DNA from: Gemmatimonadota bacterium
GTDB lineage: Bacteria; Gemmatimonadota; Gemmatimonadetes; Gemmatimonadales; Gemmatimonadaceae
Assembly: GCA_040006175.1 (NCBI GenBank)
Contig: JBDTXN010000002.1
Span: forward strand, 138 to 64,137
Length of the DNA: 64,000 nucleotides
Direction: 5' to 3'
Each line of letters opens with the position of its first letter. Position 1 is the stretch's first letter. The position numbers and the translations under genes are program-made. This document shows, in pieces, positions 47,453 through 56,763 of the stretch. The notes under the pieces were generated by a model, which was not told the origin of the DNA, did not search any database, and worked only from the letters and a program-made list of their open reading frames with translations.

Positions 47453-47612
47453 GTGCAGATCCAGGGAGAGATGGTGGTGCCCCAAGATGAGGAGAACCGC
47501 CGAGGCGCGAAAGGGCGGGAACGGAACGGCGGGCGCGACCCTGTCGCGCCCGCGGTGCACGCGCCATCATCTGCCGGGCACCTCACCCCGATTTCTCTTC
47601 CCCGGCCTTTGT

Positions 47613-48959
47613 ATGCAACGATTTCTCGTTGTGGCGTGCGCGATTGCCACCCTGGTCTGGCGCGCGCCGGCTCAAGCGCCGGCACCGCTCCCGGACTTCA
47701 TGTCGCCGCCGTTCCTGCCGCCCGCTGCCACCGTCGTCACCGCAATACGCGCGGGGCGCCTCGTCGACGTGGACAAGGGCACGGTACTGCGCGATCAGAT
47801 GATCGTGGTGCGCGGCGACAAGATCGCGTCGATCGAGCCTGCGCCGGGACACATTCCGGCCGGCGCGAAGATCATCGATCTCTCGAAGTTCACGGTCACG
47901 CCGGGACTCATCGACTGCCACACCCATCTCGTCGGTGCCGACGAATCCGCGTATGCGGCCGACCCGCTCACGCGCTCCATGGCGCAGGACGCTCTGGACG
48001 GCGTCAAGAACGCCCGCCGCACGCTCCTCGCCGGATTCACGACCGTGCGCGATGTCGGCACCTTCCGCGCCTTTTCCGACGTCGCTCTGCGCGACTACAT
48101 CAACGATGGGTACGTGATGGGCCCGCACATGGCCGTGGCCGGCGCGTACATCACGGTGAGCACGGGCGGTGGTGAGATCACGGGGATCGCCCCCGACGTC
48201 GGACTCCCCCCCGACACGCGAATCGGCGTCGCCAACTCCGCCGACGAAGTACGCGAGCGCGTGCGCGAGATTCTCAACCACGGCGCGGACCTCATCAAGA
48301 TCATCGCGACCGGTGCGGTGCTCGCGCCCGGGACCAAGCCGGGCGTGCAGGAATTCAGCGAGGAAGAGATTCACGCAGCCGTCACCGAAGCCGCAAAGTA
48401 CGGTGCACGCGTCGCCGCGCACGCACACGGGCCGGAGGGCATCAATGCGGCCGTGCGAGCCGGCGTCGCATCGATCGAGCACGGATCGCTCATGACCGAC
48501 GAGTCGATCCGCCTGATGAAGGAGCACGGCACATATCTCGACGCCGACATCTACAACGGCGACTACACGAACACCATCGGCCGCGAACAGGGGTGGGCGG
48601 CCGAGGTGCTGCGAAAGAACGACGAGACCACCGACGCGCAACGCGTGGGATTCCGGAAAGCCGTCGCCGCAGGTGTGAAGATGACCTTCGGCACCGACGC
48701 GGGCGTCTATCCGCACGGGCTGAACGCGCGCCAGCTCCCCTACATGGTGAAGTACGGACTGACGCCAATGCAGGCGCTGCAGGCCGCGACGATCAACGGC
48801 GCCACCCTCATCGGATGGCAGGACAAGCTCGGCTCGATCGCCGTCGGCAAATCCGCAGACATCGTAGCCGTCGAGGGCGACGGACTCGCGGACATCAGCC
48901 GCTACACCAACGTCGCGTTCGTGATGAAAGCCGGAACGGTTTACAAGGTGCCGAAATGA
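47613..48959 (+). CDS. Secreted amidohydrolase family metallohydrolase (Xaa-Pro dipeptidase/imidazolonepropionase-like)
   Basis: ATG at 47613. Signal peptide MQRFLVVACAIATLVWRAPAQA. Motifs IDCHTHL (HxH), AHAHG and FGTDAGV. Confidence 0.8.
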   Translation: MQRFLVVACAIATLVWRAPAQAPAPLPDFMSPPFLPPAATVVTAIRAGRLVDVDKGTVLRDQMIVVRGDKIASIEPAPGHIPAGAKIIDLSKFTVTPGLIDCHTHLVGADESAYAADPLTRSMAQDALDGVKNARRTLLAGFTTVRDVGTFRAFSDVALRDYINDGYVMGPHMAVAGAYITVSTGGGEITGIAPDVGLPPDTRIGVANSADEVRERVREILNHGADLIKIIATGAVLAPGTKPGVQEFSEEEIHAAVTEAAKYGARVAAHAHGPEGINAAVRAGVASIEHGSLMTDESIRLMKEHGTYLDADIYNGDYTNTIGREQGWAAEVLRKNDETTDAQRVGFRKAVAAGVKMTFGTDAGVYPHGLNARQLPYMVKYGLTPMQALQAATINGATLIGWQDKLGSIAVGKSADIVAVEGDGLADISRYTNVAFVMKAGTVYKVPK

Positions 48960-50308
48960 AAACGAGTCGTCGCACGGGAGTCCTCGTGGGCTGGTCGCTC
49001 GCGCTCTGCACGCACGCCGCAGGTGCACAGCTGCAGACGCCGGATTTTCTGAAGCCTCCCTATCTACCTCCAGACAGTACGGTCGTCACGGCGGTTCGTG
49101 CCGGATGGCTCGTGGATGTCGAAGCCGGAAAGGTGTTGCGCGATCAGGTCATCGTGGTGCGTGGAGACAGGATCGCGTCCGTCGAAGCGGCTCCGGGACA
49201 CATCCCTGCCGGCGCGAAGCTGATCGATCTATCGAAGTACACTGTGACACCGGGGTTCATCGACTGTCACTCGCATCAGATCGGCGCCGAGACGTCGAAG
49301 AATTACATGGTGCCGCTCGAGCGCTCCGCTGCACAGGAGACACTCGATGGCGTCGTGCACGCACGGAGAACGCTGCTCGCGGGCTTCACTACCGTGCGCG
49401 ACGTCGGAACGTTCCGTGCCTATCTCGATGTCGCGCTGCGCGACTACATCAACGAGGGGCTCGTGATGGGTCCGCGCATGGCGGTGGCGGGCGCGTACAT
49501 CACGGTGAGCACGGGCGGCGGCGAGGTGACCGGGCAGGCAACGGACGTCACGCTTCCGCCCGACATGCGGCTCGGCGTCGCGAACAACGCGAAGGAGATT
49601 CGTCAGCGCGTGCGCGAGATCATGAATCATGGCGCGGATCTCATCAAGATCATCGCGACGGGCGCCGTGCTCGCGGCGGGGACGAAGCCCGGCGTACAGG
49701 AGTACAGTGAGGAGGAGATTCACGCGGCCGTCACCGAGGCGGCGAAATACGGGGCGCGCGTTGCCGCGCACGCGCATGGCACCGACGGGATCAACGCGGC
49801 GATTCGCGCTGGCGTCGCATCGATCGAGCACGGCTCGATGCTCGACGACGAGTCGATACGACTGATGAAAGAGCACGGCACGTATCTCGTATCGGACCTG
49901 ATCGACCAGGAGTACATCGAACAGGTCGGAACGGCGCAAGGGTGGTCGCCGGAGATTCTGGCCAAGGACGAGGCGATGGCGAAGATCAAGCACGCGGGGC
50001 TGCGCAAGGCGGTCGCGGGAGGCGTGAAGATGGCGTTCGGGACCGACTCCGGCGTCTATCCCAACGGAGACAATGCGCAGCAATTCCCGCTCATGATCAA
50101 GTACGGCGGAATGACGCCGATGCAGGTGCTTCAGGCAGCGACGATCAATGCTGCGACGCTGATCGGCTGGCAGGACAAAGTAGGTTCGATCGCTCCGGGA
50201 AAGTCCGCAGACCTGGTGGCGGTCCAGGGCGACGGCCTCGCAGACGTGGGCAAGTTCGCCAACGTGTCCTTCGTCATGAAGACGGGCACGGTGTACAAGG
50301 CGCCGTGA
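48956..50308 (+). CDS. Secreted amidohydrolase family metallohydrolase (tandem paralog)
   Basis: The ATG at 48956 forms an ATGA overlap with the previous stop. Signal peptide. IDCHSHQ, AHAHG, FGTDSGV. Collinear, with roughly three quarters identical residues to the preceding protein by eye. Confidence 0.8.
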   Translation: MKTSRRTGVLVGWSLALCTHAAGAQLQTPDFLKPPYLPPDSTVVTAVRAGWLVDVEAGKVLRDQVIVVRGDRIASVEAAPGHIPAGAKLIDLSKYTVTPGFIDCHSHQIGAETSKNYMVPLERSAAQETLDGVVHARRTLLAGFTTVRDVGTFRAYLDVALRDYINEGLVMGPRMAVAGAYITVSTGGGEVTGQATDVTLPPDMRLGVANNAKEIRQRVREIMNHGADLIKIIATGAVLAAGTKPGVQEYSEEEIHAAVTEAAKYGARVAAHAHGTDGINAAIRAGVASIEHGSMLDDESIRLMKEHGTYLVSDLIDQEYIEQVGTAQGWSPEILAKDEAMAKIKHAGLRKAVAGGVKMAFGTDSGVYPNGDNAQQFPLMIKYGGMTPMQVLQAATINAATLIGWQDKVGSIAPGKSADLVAVQGDGLADVGKFANVSFVMKTGTVYKAP

Positions 50309-50356
50309 GTGCTCAGTGGTCGATTACTGGTCATCGTGCACGGCGTCCGCTGCCGA

Positions 50357-52510
50357 TCATTGGTCGAGTGCCTGATCCTCTTCGGCGGAGGAACGTACGA
50401 GTCGTAAACCCTCCAGCACGCGCTGAAATCGAGCGTCGCCCCGAAGCGCGAGATAGGCGGGGTCCGTAGCCATGAAGCACACGTACGGGTCTCGGCGTTT
50501 CGCGGCGCTCTCGATGAAAGCGAGCGCACGGCTACGCTCGCCGAGGTATAGCATTGCTCCGACGACTGAACCGAGCAGCGGTCTACCCTGCGCCACCTCT
50601 CGCTCGAGCGAATCCAGGAGCGTCCGCGCTTCGTCGATGCGACCCTCGCCAGCGCGTGCGTACGCCAGTACCGCCCGCGCATACGGCGCGGCACGTTCCT
50701 CTGGAGCCAGGGTTGCGAGCACTGCCACTGCGTCCGCGCGTCGGCCCAGCGCGCACAATGTACGCGCGAGCCAGATCGTCGTGCGGAAATCCCCCGGCTC
50801 GGCCTTCAGGAGATCTTCGAGCGAGATGCGAGCGAGCTCGAAGCGGTGCGCGAAGAAATAACACCGTGAGACGGTGAGACGAATCTGCAGGGAGAGCGGC
50901 TCGATTGCTTCGGCGTGAAGGATTCGGCGAAGGCTTTCATCGTGACGCCCCAGCGCGCTCAACATCACGGCATACCAGGTCTCGGTATATGCATAGACCG
51001 GATCGAGATGGATGGCCTTGCGAAATTCCGCCTCGGCCGCAACCCAATCCTGATCGTACAGGAAGTGCGTAACGCCAAGCCACGTGTGCGCCTGTGCGAG
51101 CCCCGGGTCGTGCCGTGCTGCTTCAAGAGCCCACGCGCGCGCGCGCGGGGCCGCCTCTGCGGGAGACAGATCGCCGAACTCCGCAAACCCGCGCAATGTC
51201 CAACATTCTGCGAGTCCCGCGTAAGCAAGTGCGTAGTCCGGATCCTGCTCCAAGGCCTGCTCGAAATATGCAATTCCGAGTGCGAGTCCCGCGGATGTAC
51301 GCTTGTGCGCCGAATAACGTCCTCGAAGGTAGAGCGTCATTGCAGCCGGCACGCTGGTCGCACGCCGCACCGCGGGCGAGGGCAACGTCAGCGTGAGAGG
51401 GAGAGACGCGGCGATCCCGCGCGATAGCTCGTCCTGAATTGCGAAGACATCATCGATGGTGCGCTCGTAGGTCTCCGACCACAGCTGGCAGCCATCGGCC
51501 GATTTCACGAGCCGCACGCCGAGTCGAATGCGATTGCCCGCCTTGCGGACGGTTCCTTCGACGAGGGCGCTCACGCCCAGGCGCTCGCCGATCTCGCGCG
51601 CATCGAGTCCCTTGGCAAGGAGCGCGGAAACCGACGTTCGCGATGCGACGCGCAGACCAGGCATGCGGGCAAGCACCCCGGACAACTCATCGGACATCCC
51701 GACTCCGAAATACTCGTCGTCTTGGTTCGGAGTGAGGTTCGTGAAGGGAAGAACGGCGATCGCAGGAGCGACGCTTGCGGGGTTGGTCAGCGAGCCCGAA
51801 GGTGGATTTCTGATCCGTTCGGCAGCTGCCAACACGATGGCATCGGGATCGACGTCGAATTCTTCGCGAAGCAGTGTCTCGTAAATACCCATGAAGCGCA
51901 GCGCGCTGGGGCGGTCACCCGCTGCGCACAGCGCCTCCATGTACGAAATTGCGACGCGCGAGTTGAGTGGCTCTGCCTGGGCGATCTCTCGCCACCACGC
52001 TGCTGCGGCAACGACATCACCATGCAAAGCTGCATGGCGTGCGAGCGACTCGAGTGCTGCTGTGTGACGTTGTGCGAGTCGCGCACGCTCCTCGTCGACC
52101 CAGTGCTCGAAGTCCGGCGCGTCGCTGAGAAAGAATCCATCGAGAAACGGTCCACCGTAGACGCTGACGGCCCGCGCAAAGTCGCCCGCTTCCAGTGCCG
52201 CGGTGAGTTGCGCGATATCGGTGGAGATGATCGACGGATTGAGCCGAAGATCAGTCGAGCCGAGAAACAGCGCCTCCGCACCCAGTTCCCGCCGCAGGCT
52301 GTAGAGCATCTGCGTCAATCGATGCGTGGCTTTGCCGGAAGGAGCCTCTGGCCAAAGTCTGGCGACGATCTTGTCACGACTCAGTCCACGCGAGCCGGAC
52401 GCGGCGAGGAGCGCGAGAAGCGCGAGAGACTTTCGTTGAGCCGCCGCTCCGCCACACGGGCCACTGTCGCCGCTGACCGATGGGCTGCCGAGGGTGCGGA
52501 GGTGCAACAT
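50357..52510 (-). CDS. BTAD/SARP-like transcriptional regulator fused to TolB-like domain and TPR repeats
   Basis: N-terminal winged-helix/BTAD pattern (LRTLG..., RKSLALLALLA, DEERARL...). Then IAVLPFTNL...DELSGVLARMPGLRVASR...LVEGTVRKAGNRIRL...DELSRGIAASL, followed by TPRs. No TM helix is visible. Confidence 0.8.
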   Translation of the reverse strand: MLHLRTLGSPSVSGDSGPCGGAAAQRKSLALLALLAASGSRGLSRDKIVARLWPEAPSGKATHRLTQMLYSLRRELGAEALFLGSTDLRLNPSIISTDIAQLTAALEAGDFARAVSVYGGPFLDGFFLSDAPDFEHWVDEERARLAQRHTAALESLARHAALHGDVVAAAAWWREIAQAEPLNSRVAISYMEALCAAGDRPSALRFMGIYETLLREEFDVDPDAIVLAAAERIRNPPSGSLTNPASVAPAIAVLPFTNLTPNQDDEYFGVGMSDELSGVLARMPGLRVASRTSVSALLAKGLDAREIGERLGVSALVEGTVRKAGNRIRLGVRLVKSADGCQLWSETYERTIDDVFAIQDELSRGIAASLPLTLTLPSPAVRRATSVPAAMTLYLRGRYSAHKRTSAGLALGIAYFEQALEQDPDYALAYAGLAECWTLRGFAEFGDLSPAEAAPRARAWALEAARHDPGLAQAHTWLGVTHFLYDQDWVAAEAEFRKAIHLDPVYAYTETWYAVMLSALGRHDESLRRILHAEAIEPLSLQIRLTVSRCYFFAHRFELARISLEDLLKAEPGDFRTTIWLARTLCALGRRADAVAVLATLAPEERAAPYARAVLAYARAGEGRIDEARTLLDSLEREVAQGRPLLGSVVGAMLYLGERSRALAFIESAAKRRDPYVCFMATDPAYLALRGDARFQRVLEGLRLVRSSAEEDQALDQ

Positions 52511-52666
52511 CGTAAGTCTCGTCCGTCAGTGAGGGGCCCCGTTCACCGCCTGAGATCCATCTGACATCCGACTGATGCCGTCGATCTATGCTAGGCCTCA
52601 CAGAGATCGAGGGCAAGCGCCGGATCTGCCGGTGCCTCCGCGGTCTGTCATTCGGAGGATACCATC

Positions 52667-53209
52667 ATGTCGACATCACTGAGCGCTCGCGCACTGTTCG
52701 CCTTCGTTATTTCCACGGGGCTCGTCGGAACGCGCACGGGTCCGCCGGCCTCCATGAGTGGCACGATCGCAGGCGTGTCCCAGATGAAGTACACCCAGCA
52801 GCACGCTCTCGCTCTCGCAGGGAGTAGCTCACCGGTACTGCTCCTCAACGAGGCGTCGGGCACGAACCGTAGTACAGGCGCGCTCGAGTACATGTCAGGT
52901 GCGCAGGTCACCACTCGTGAGATCGCGAATCTGGTTCGGGGCAACGGCCCGCATTCCGGATACTTGAGCCTCGGGAAGGACGCCGATTCGACGGTGAGCA
53001 AATGGGAGGGCAAGGTGATCACCACGCTCGGCGCAGATCATCAGCCGTCGACACGCTTCGAAGGTACCTGGACGCTAATGAGCGGCACAGGGAAGTATGT
53101 GGGTGTCACCGGCACGGGCACCTACAAGGGGCAGATGATCTCGCCCGCGGAGTATTCGTTGGAGTGGAACGGGACCCTTCAGGTCGAACCGCGCGCAGCG
53201 TCGCGATAG
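52667..53209 (+). CDS. Hypothetical secreted protein
   Basis: The ATG follows GGAGGA by 7 nt. N-terminal hydrophobic segment. GTWTLMSGTGKYVGVTGTGTYKG is a beta-rich pattern. No known motif. Confidence 0.55.
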   Translation: MSTSLSARALFAFVISTGLVGTRTGPPASMSGTIAGVSQMKYTQQHALALAGSSSPVLLLNEASGTNRSTGALEYMSGAQVTTREIANLVRGNGPHSGYLSLGKDADSTVSKWEGKVITTLGADHQPSTRFEGTWTLMSGTGKYVGVTGTGTYKGQMISPAEYSLEWNGTLQVEPRAASR

Positions 53210-53270
53210 CGATCCGCGTGAAAGCCGCGCGAGCGGTGTCCAACGCCACCCTTCTCTGGAGCGCACTCCC

Positions 53271-55031
53271 ATGAACCCGCAGTCTCCAATCATCGCCGCT
53301 CCAGCCACAGAGGTGCGCACGTTGCGTCCGGCGACCGTCCATGCGACCAGCGATCACATGCTCGACGAAGCGGTTCACAAGCTTCGTGAAGGCGCCACGA
53401 CGTTCGCGCGCCTCTCGATCTCCGAGCGGATCGAGCTCGCCCTCTCGATGCAGGCGGGCTATCTCCGGATCGCAGAGCAGAGTGTGCGTGCTGCATGCGC
53501 ATCCAAAGGCCTCACGAGCGGGACGCCTGCGGAAGGGGAAGAGTGGGCGACCGGACCCTGGTGCGTCGTCCGACATCTCCGCCTGGTCGCGGAATCGCTC
53601 GCTTCGCTGCAACGAACGGGCAACACGCCGATCGGCAAGGTTCGTCGTTCGGCGGACGATACACTTGCGGTTGGTCTCTTCCCCTCGAGCGCCGTCGACC
53701 GTGTGTTACACGGAGGTATCACCGCAGACGCGTACATGCTGAGCGGGATCGGCGAATCCGAGCTTCGCGACTCGCGCGCAGGGTTCTATCGCGGACGTGC
53801 GCATGACGGGCGAACGGTGCTGGTACTGGGTGCCGGGAATCTCGCCGCCATTCCGGCGATGGATGTTATCACGAAGATGTTCAACGAAGGCAAGGCATGT
53901 CTTCTCAAAATGAATCCGGTGAATGCGTACCTCGGTCCGTTCATGGCGCAGGCGTTCGGCGAAGCGATCCGTCGCAATTTTCTGGCGATCGTCTACGGGG
54001 GCGTACAAGTAGGGGCGTACCTCGCGCATCACACGGGAATCGACGAGGTGCACCTGACGGGCTCCGCTCAGACATACGATGCCATTCTGTGGGGCAGTAC
54101 GGAGCAGGAACGAAATGCGCGGAAGGCGCGCAACGCTCCGCTGTTGTCGAAAACGGTGACTGCGGAGCTCGGGAACGTCACGCCAGTACTGGTGGTTCCC
54201 GGCCCGTATTCGGACAAGGAGCTTGCCTTTCAAGCAGAGAGTATCGCCGGCGGAGTGGTCTACAACGCGTCCTTCAATTGCAACGCGCCAAAGATGCTCG
54301 TCACACCGATGGGATGGCGTCGCAGAGGCGCTGTACTCTCGGCGCTCGAGCGTGTCTTCGACGTTACACCGCTTCGCCGTGCGTACTATCCGGAGGCCGA
54401 GAGAAGGTGGCGGCAGCTGACGGAAGGGCGCTCGCAGCTGCGCACCATCGGAGTGCCTGCGTCGGATGAGCTTCCGTGGACATTGATGCCCGGGCTCGAT
54501 GCCACGGATCTGCGCGAACCGGCCTTCGGTACCGAGCCGTTCTGTTCCATTCTATCGGAAACGGAAGTGGGGTGTGAAGACCCGATTGAATTCCTCGAGC
54601 GAGCCGTGGACTTTGCGAACCACCGGCTGTGGGGAACGCTGTCCGCGCAGCTGGTGGTACATCCGACATCCCTCAAGGACAAACGCATCGGAGCGGCGAT
54701 CGAACGCGCAATTGCGCGACTGCGGTATGGTTCCGTTGCGGTAAATGGCTGGAACGGGATGACATTCGCGTACGGCTCGCTTCCATGGGGCGCGTATCCG
54801 GGCTCGAACCCACTCGACATCCAGAGCGGAAATGGTTGGGTACACAACACGTCGATGCTCGAGGGAGTCGAGAAGATCGTTGTGCGCCATCCACTTGTCG
54901 CGCGAACGAAACCGGCGACCTTCCCGAGCCATCGTAGTGCGCGCACGCTGCTGAAAAGATTGACGTACCAGGATGAGCGAGGAGGGTGGGGCGGCGTGCC
55001 AGGCGTGATTGCCGCCGCAGTCCGAGGATGA
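53271..55031 (+). CDS. Divergent aldehyde dehydrogenase superfamily protein (586 aa)
   Basis: ALDH-like landmarks are present: VLVLGAGNLAAIP, ELGNVTP (catalytic Glu region) and FNCNAPK (catalytic Cys region). It is longer than classical ALDHs. Confidence 0.7.
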   Translation: MNPQSPIIAAPATEVRTLRPATVHATSDHMLDEAVHKLREGATTFARLSISERIELALSMQAGYLRIAEQSVRAACASKGLTSGTPAEGEEWATGPWCVVRHLRLVAESLASLQRTGNTPIGKVRRSADDTLAVGLFPSSAVDRVLHGGITADAYMLSGIGESELRDSRAGFYRGRAHDGRTVLVLGAGNLAAIPAMDVITKMFNEGKACLLKMNPVNAYLGPFMAQAFGEAIRRNFLAIVYGGVQVGAYLAHHTGIDEVHLTGSAQTYDAILWGSTEQERNARKARNAPLLSKTVTAELGNVTPVLVVPGPYSDKELAFQAESIAGGVVYNASFNCNAPKMLVTPMGWRRRGAVLSALERVFDVTPLRRAYYPEAERRWRQLTEGRSQLRTIGVPASDELPWTLMPGLDATDLREPAFGTEPFCSILSETEVGCEDPIEFLERAVDFANHRLWGTLSAQLVVHPTSLKDKRIGAAIERAIARLRYGSVAVNGWNGMTFAYGSLPWGAYPGSNPLDIQSGNGWVHNTSMLEGVEKIVVRHPLVARTKPATFPSHRSARTLLKRLTYQDERGGWGGVPGVIAAAVRG

Positions 55032-55170
55032 GAAGGCTGCTGCTTTCAGTGCGCAGGAATATTGTATACATTACCTGCGCGCCGCGCCTCTGGCGGCCAT
55101 CCCGGATGCCTTCGAGCTCAGCTCACTCGCATCGGGTCAAACAGGCTTATCTCCTATCCCGACAAGTCTC

Positions 55171-56763
55171 ATGGCGAAGAACTACGACGTCGTCTTCATC
55201 GGCGCGGGTCACAACGCGCTCGTATGCGCCGCATATCTCGCACGCGCGGGCAAGAGCGTGTGCGTGCTTGAGCGACGTGAGCTCGTGGGCGGGGCCTGTG
55301 TCAGCGAAGAAGTGTGGCCGGGCTACAAGGTGTCCACGGCCGCCTACGTCAACAGCCTGCTGCGCCCTGAGATCATCAAGGAGCTCGAGCTGCACAAGTT
55401 CGGCTTCGAGCTTCTCCCGCGCAGCCCGTCGTCATTCTCGCCGTTCCCCGATGGGCGGTCGCTCATGATGGGACCCGACAAGGAGATGACGCATCGCGAG
55501 GTGAGCAAGTTCTCGCGCAAGGATGCCGACGCGCTGCCCAAGTACGAGGCGATGCTCGAGCGGTGCGCGGATCTCATCGAACCCACGCTCATGCAGACCC
55601 CGCCCAGCCCCTGGAACATGCGGCCGGCCGATCTCATGCAGCTCGGCAAGCTCGGATGGAAATTCAAGAAGATGGGGCCCGAGGGTGCAGCCGCGATCGA
55701 AATTCTCACCGGCGCCGCACGGCCGATTCTCGATCGCTGGTTCGAGTCGGAAAATTTGAAGGTCACGCTCGCGACGGACGCCGTGATCGGCGCGATGGCG
55801 GCGCCTTCGATGCCCGGAACGGCGTACGTGCTCTTTCATCACGTGATGGGCGAGTGCAACGGCGTGCGCGGCGTGTGGGGCTACGTGCGCGGCGGCATGG
55901 GCGGGATCAGCAACGCGATCGCCGGAGCAGCCAAGGCAAAGGGCGCCGAGATTCGCGTGAACGCCGAGGTGGCGAAGGTGCTCGTGAAGGATGGCCGCGC
56001 CATCGGAGTCGTGCTCAAGGACGGAACGGAGATTCACGCGAACAAGGTGGCGTCGGGTGCCGACGCGAACGTCACGTTCCTCAAGCTCTGCGACGAGAAG
56101 GATCTCCCGGCGGACTTCGTGACGGGGGTGAAGGGTCTCGACTACTCGAGCGCGAGTCTCAAGATCAACGTCGCGCTGAGCGAGCTGCCGAACTTCACCT
56201 CGGTGCCCGGCGCACAGGCGGGCCCGCAGCATCGCGGCACGATCCACATCTCGCCCGACATGGACTACATCGAGCGCGCGTACGACGATGCGAAGTATGG
56301 AAAGGCGGCGGAGAACCCGATTCTCGAGTGCACGATTCCGTCCGTCATCGATCAGACCGTCGCGCCCGCGGGGCAGCATCTGATGTCGATGTTCATCCAG
56401 TACTTCCCGTACAACATCAAGGGCGCGGACACGCCCGAGGCGTACAATGCCGCGAAGGAACAGTTCGCCGATCGCTGCTTCGACATTCTCAACGAGTACG
56501 CGCCGAACTTCAAGCGCTCGGTGATCAACCGGCAGGTACTCTCGCCGCGCGACATCGAAGCGCGCTATGGACTCACGGGCGGCAACATCATGCAGGGAAC
56601 CATGTCGCTCTCCAGCCTCGCATTCATGCGGCCGCTGCCAGGATGGGCGCAGTATCGTACGCCGATAAAGAATCTGTATCTCTGCGGTGCCGCCACGCAT
56701 CCGGGCGGCGGCGTGATGGGCGCGTGCGGCTACAACGCAGCGCGCGAGATTCTCAAGGACTAG
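55171..56763 (+). CDS. Phytoene desaturase-family (CrtI/PYROXD2-like) FAD-dependent oxidoreductase
   Basis: ATG at 55171. YDVVFIGAGHNALVCAAYLARAG is the dinucleotide fold. C-terminal NLYLCGAATHPGGGVMG motif. The upstream 54 codons of the track ORF lack coding character. Confidence 0.8.
   Translation: MAKNYDVVFIGAGHNALVCAAYLARAGKSVCVLERRELVGGACVSEEVWPGYKVSTAAYVNSLLRPEIIKELELHKFGFELLPRSPSSFSPFPDGRSLMMGPDKEMTHREVSKFSRKDADALPKYEAMLERCADLIEPTLMQTPPSPWNMRPADLMQLGKLGWKFKKMGPEGAAAIEILTGAARPILDRWFESENLKVTLATDAVIGAMAAPSMPGTAYVLFHHVMGECNGVRGVWGYVRGGMGGISNAIAGAAKAKGAEIRVNAEVAKVLVKDGRAIGVVLKDGTEIHANKVASGADANVTFLKLCDEKDLPADFVTGVKGLDYSSASLKINVALSELPNFTSVPGAQAGPQHRGTIHISPDMDYIERAYDDAKYGKAAENPILECTIPSVIDQTVAPAGQHLMSMFIQYFPYNIKGADTPEAYNAAKEQFADRCFDILNEYAPNFKRSVINRQVLSPRDIEARYGLTGGNIMQGTMSLSSLAFMRPLPGWAQYRTPIKNLYLCGAATHPGGGVMGACGYNAAREILKD

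Noticed and set aside
42707-49028. ORFs 42707..43795 (-), 43924..44943 (-), the 5' two thirds of 44184..46250 (+), 46592..48175 (+) and 47583..49028 (-).
   Set aside because: All overlap motif-bearing genes on another frame or strand (MSOX-like, APC permease, Rieske 2, amidohydrolases). The real NmrA-like and amidohydrolase genes start at internal ATGs with ribosome-binding sites or signal peptides.
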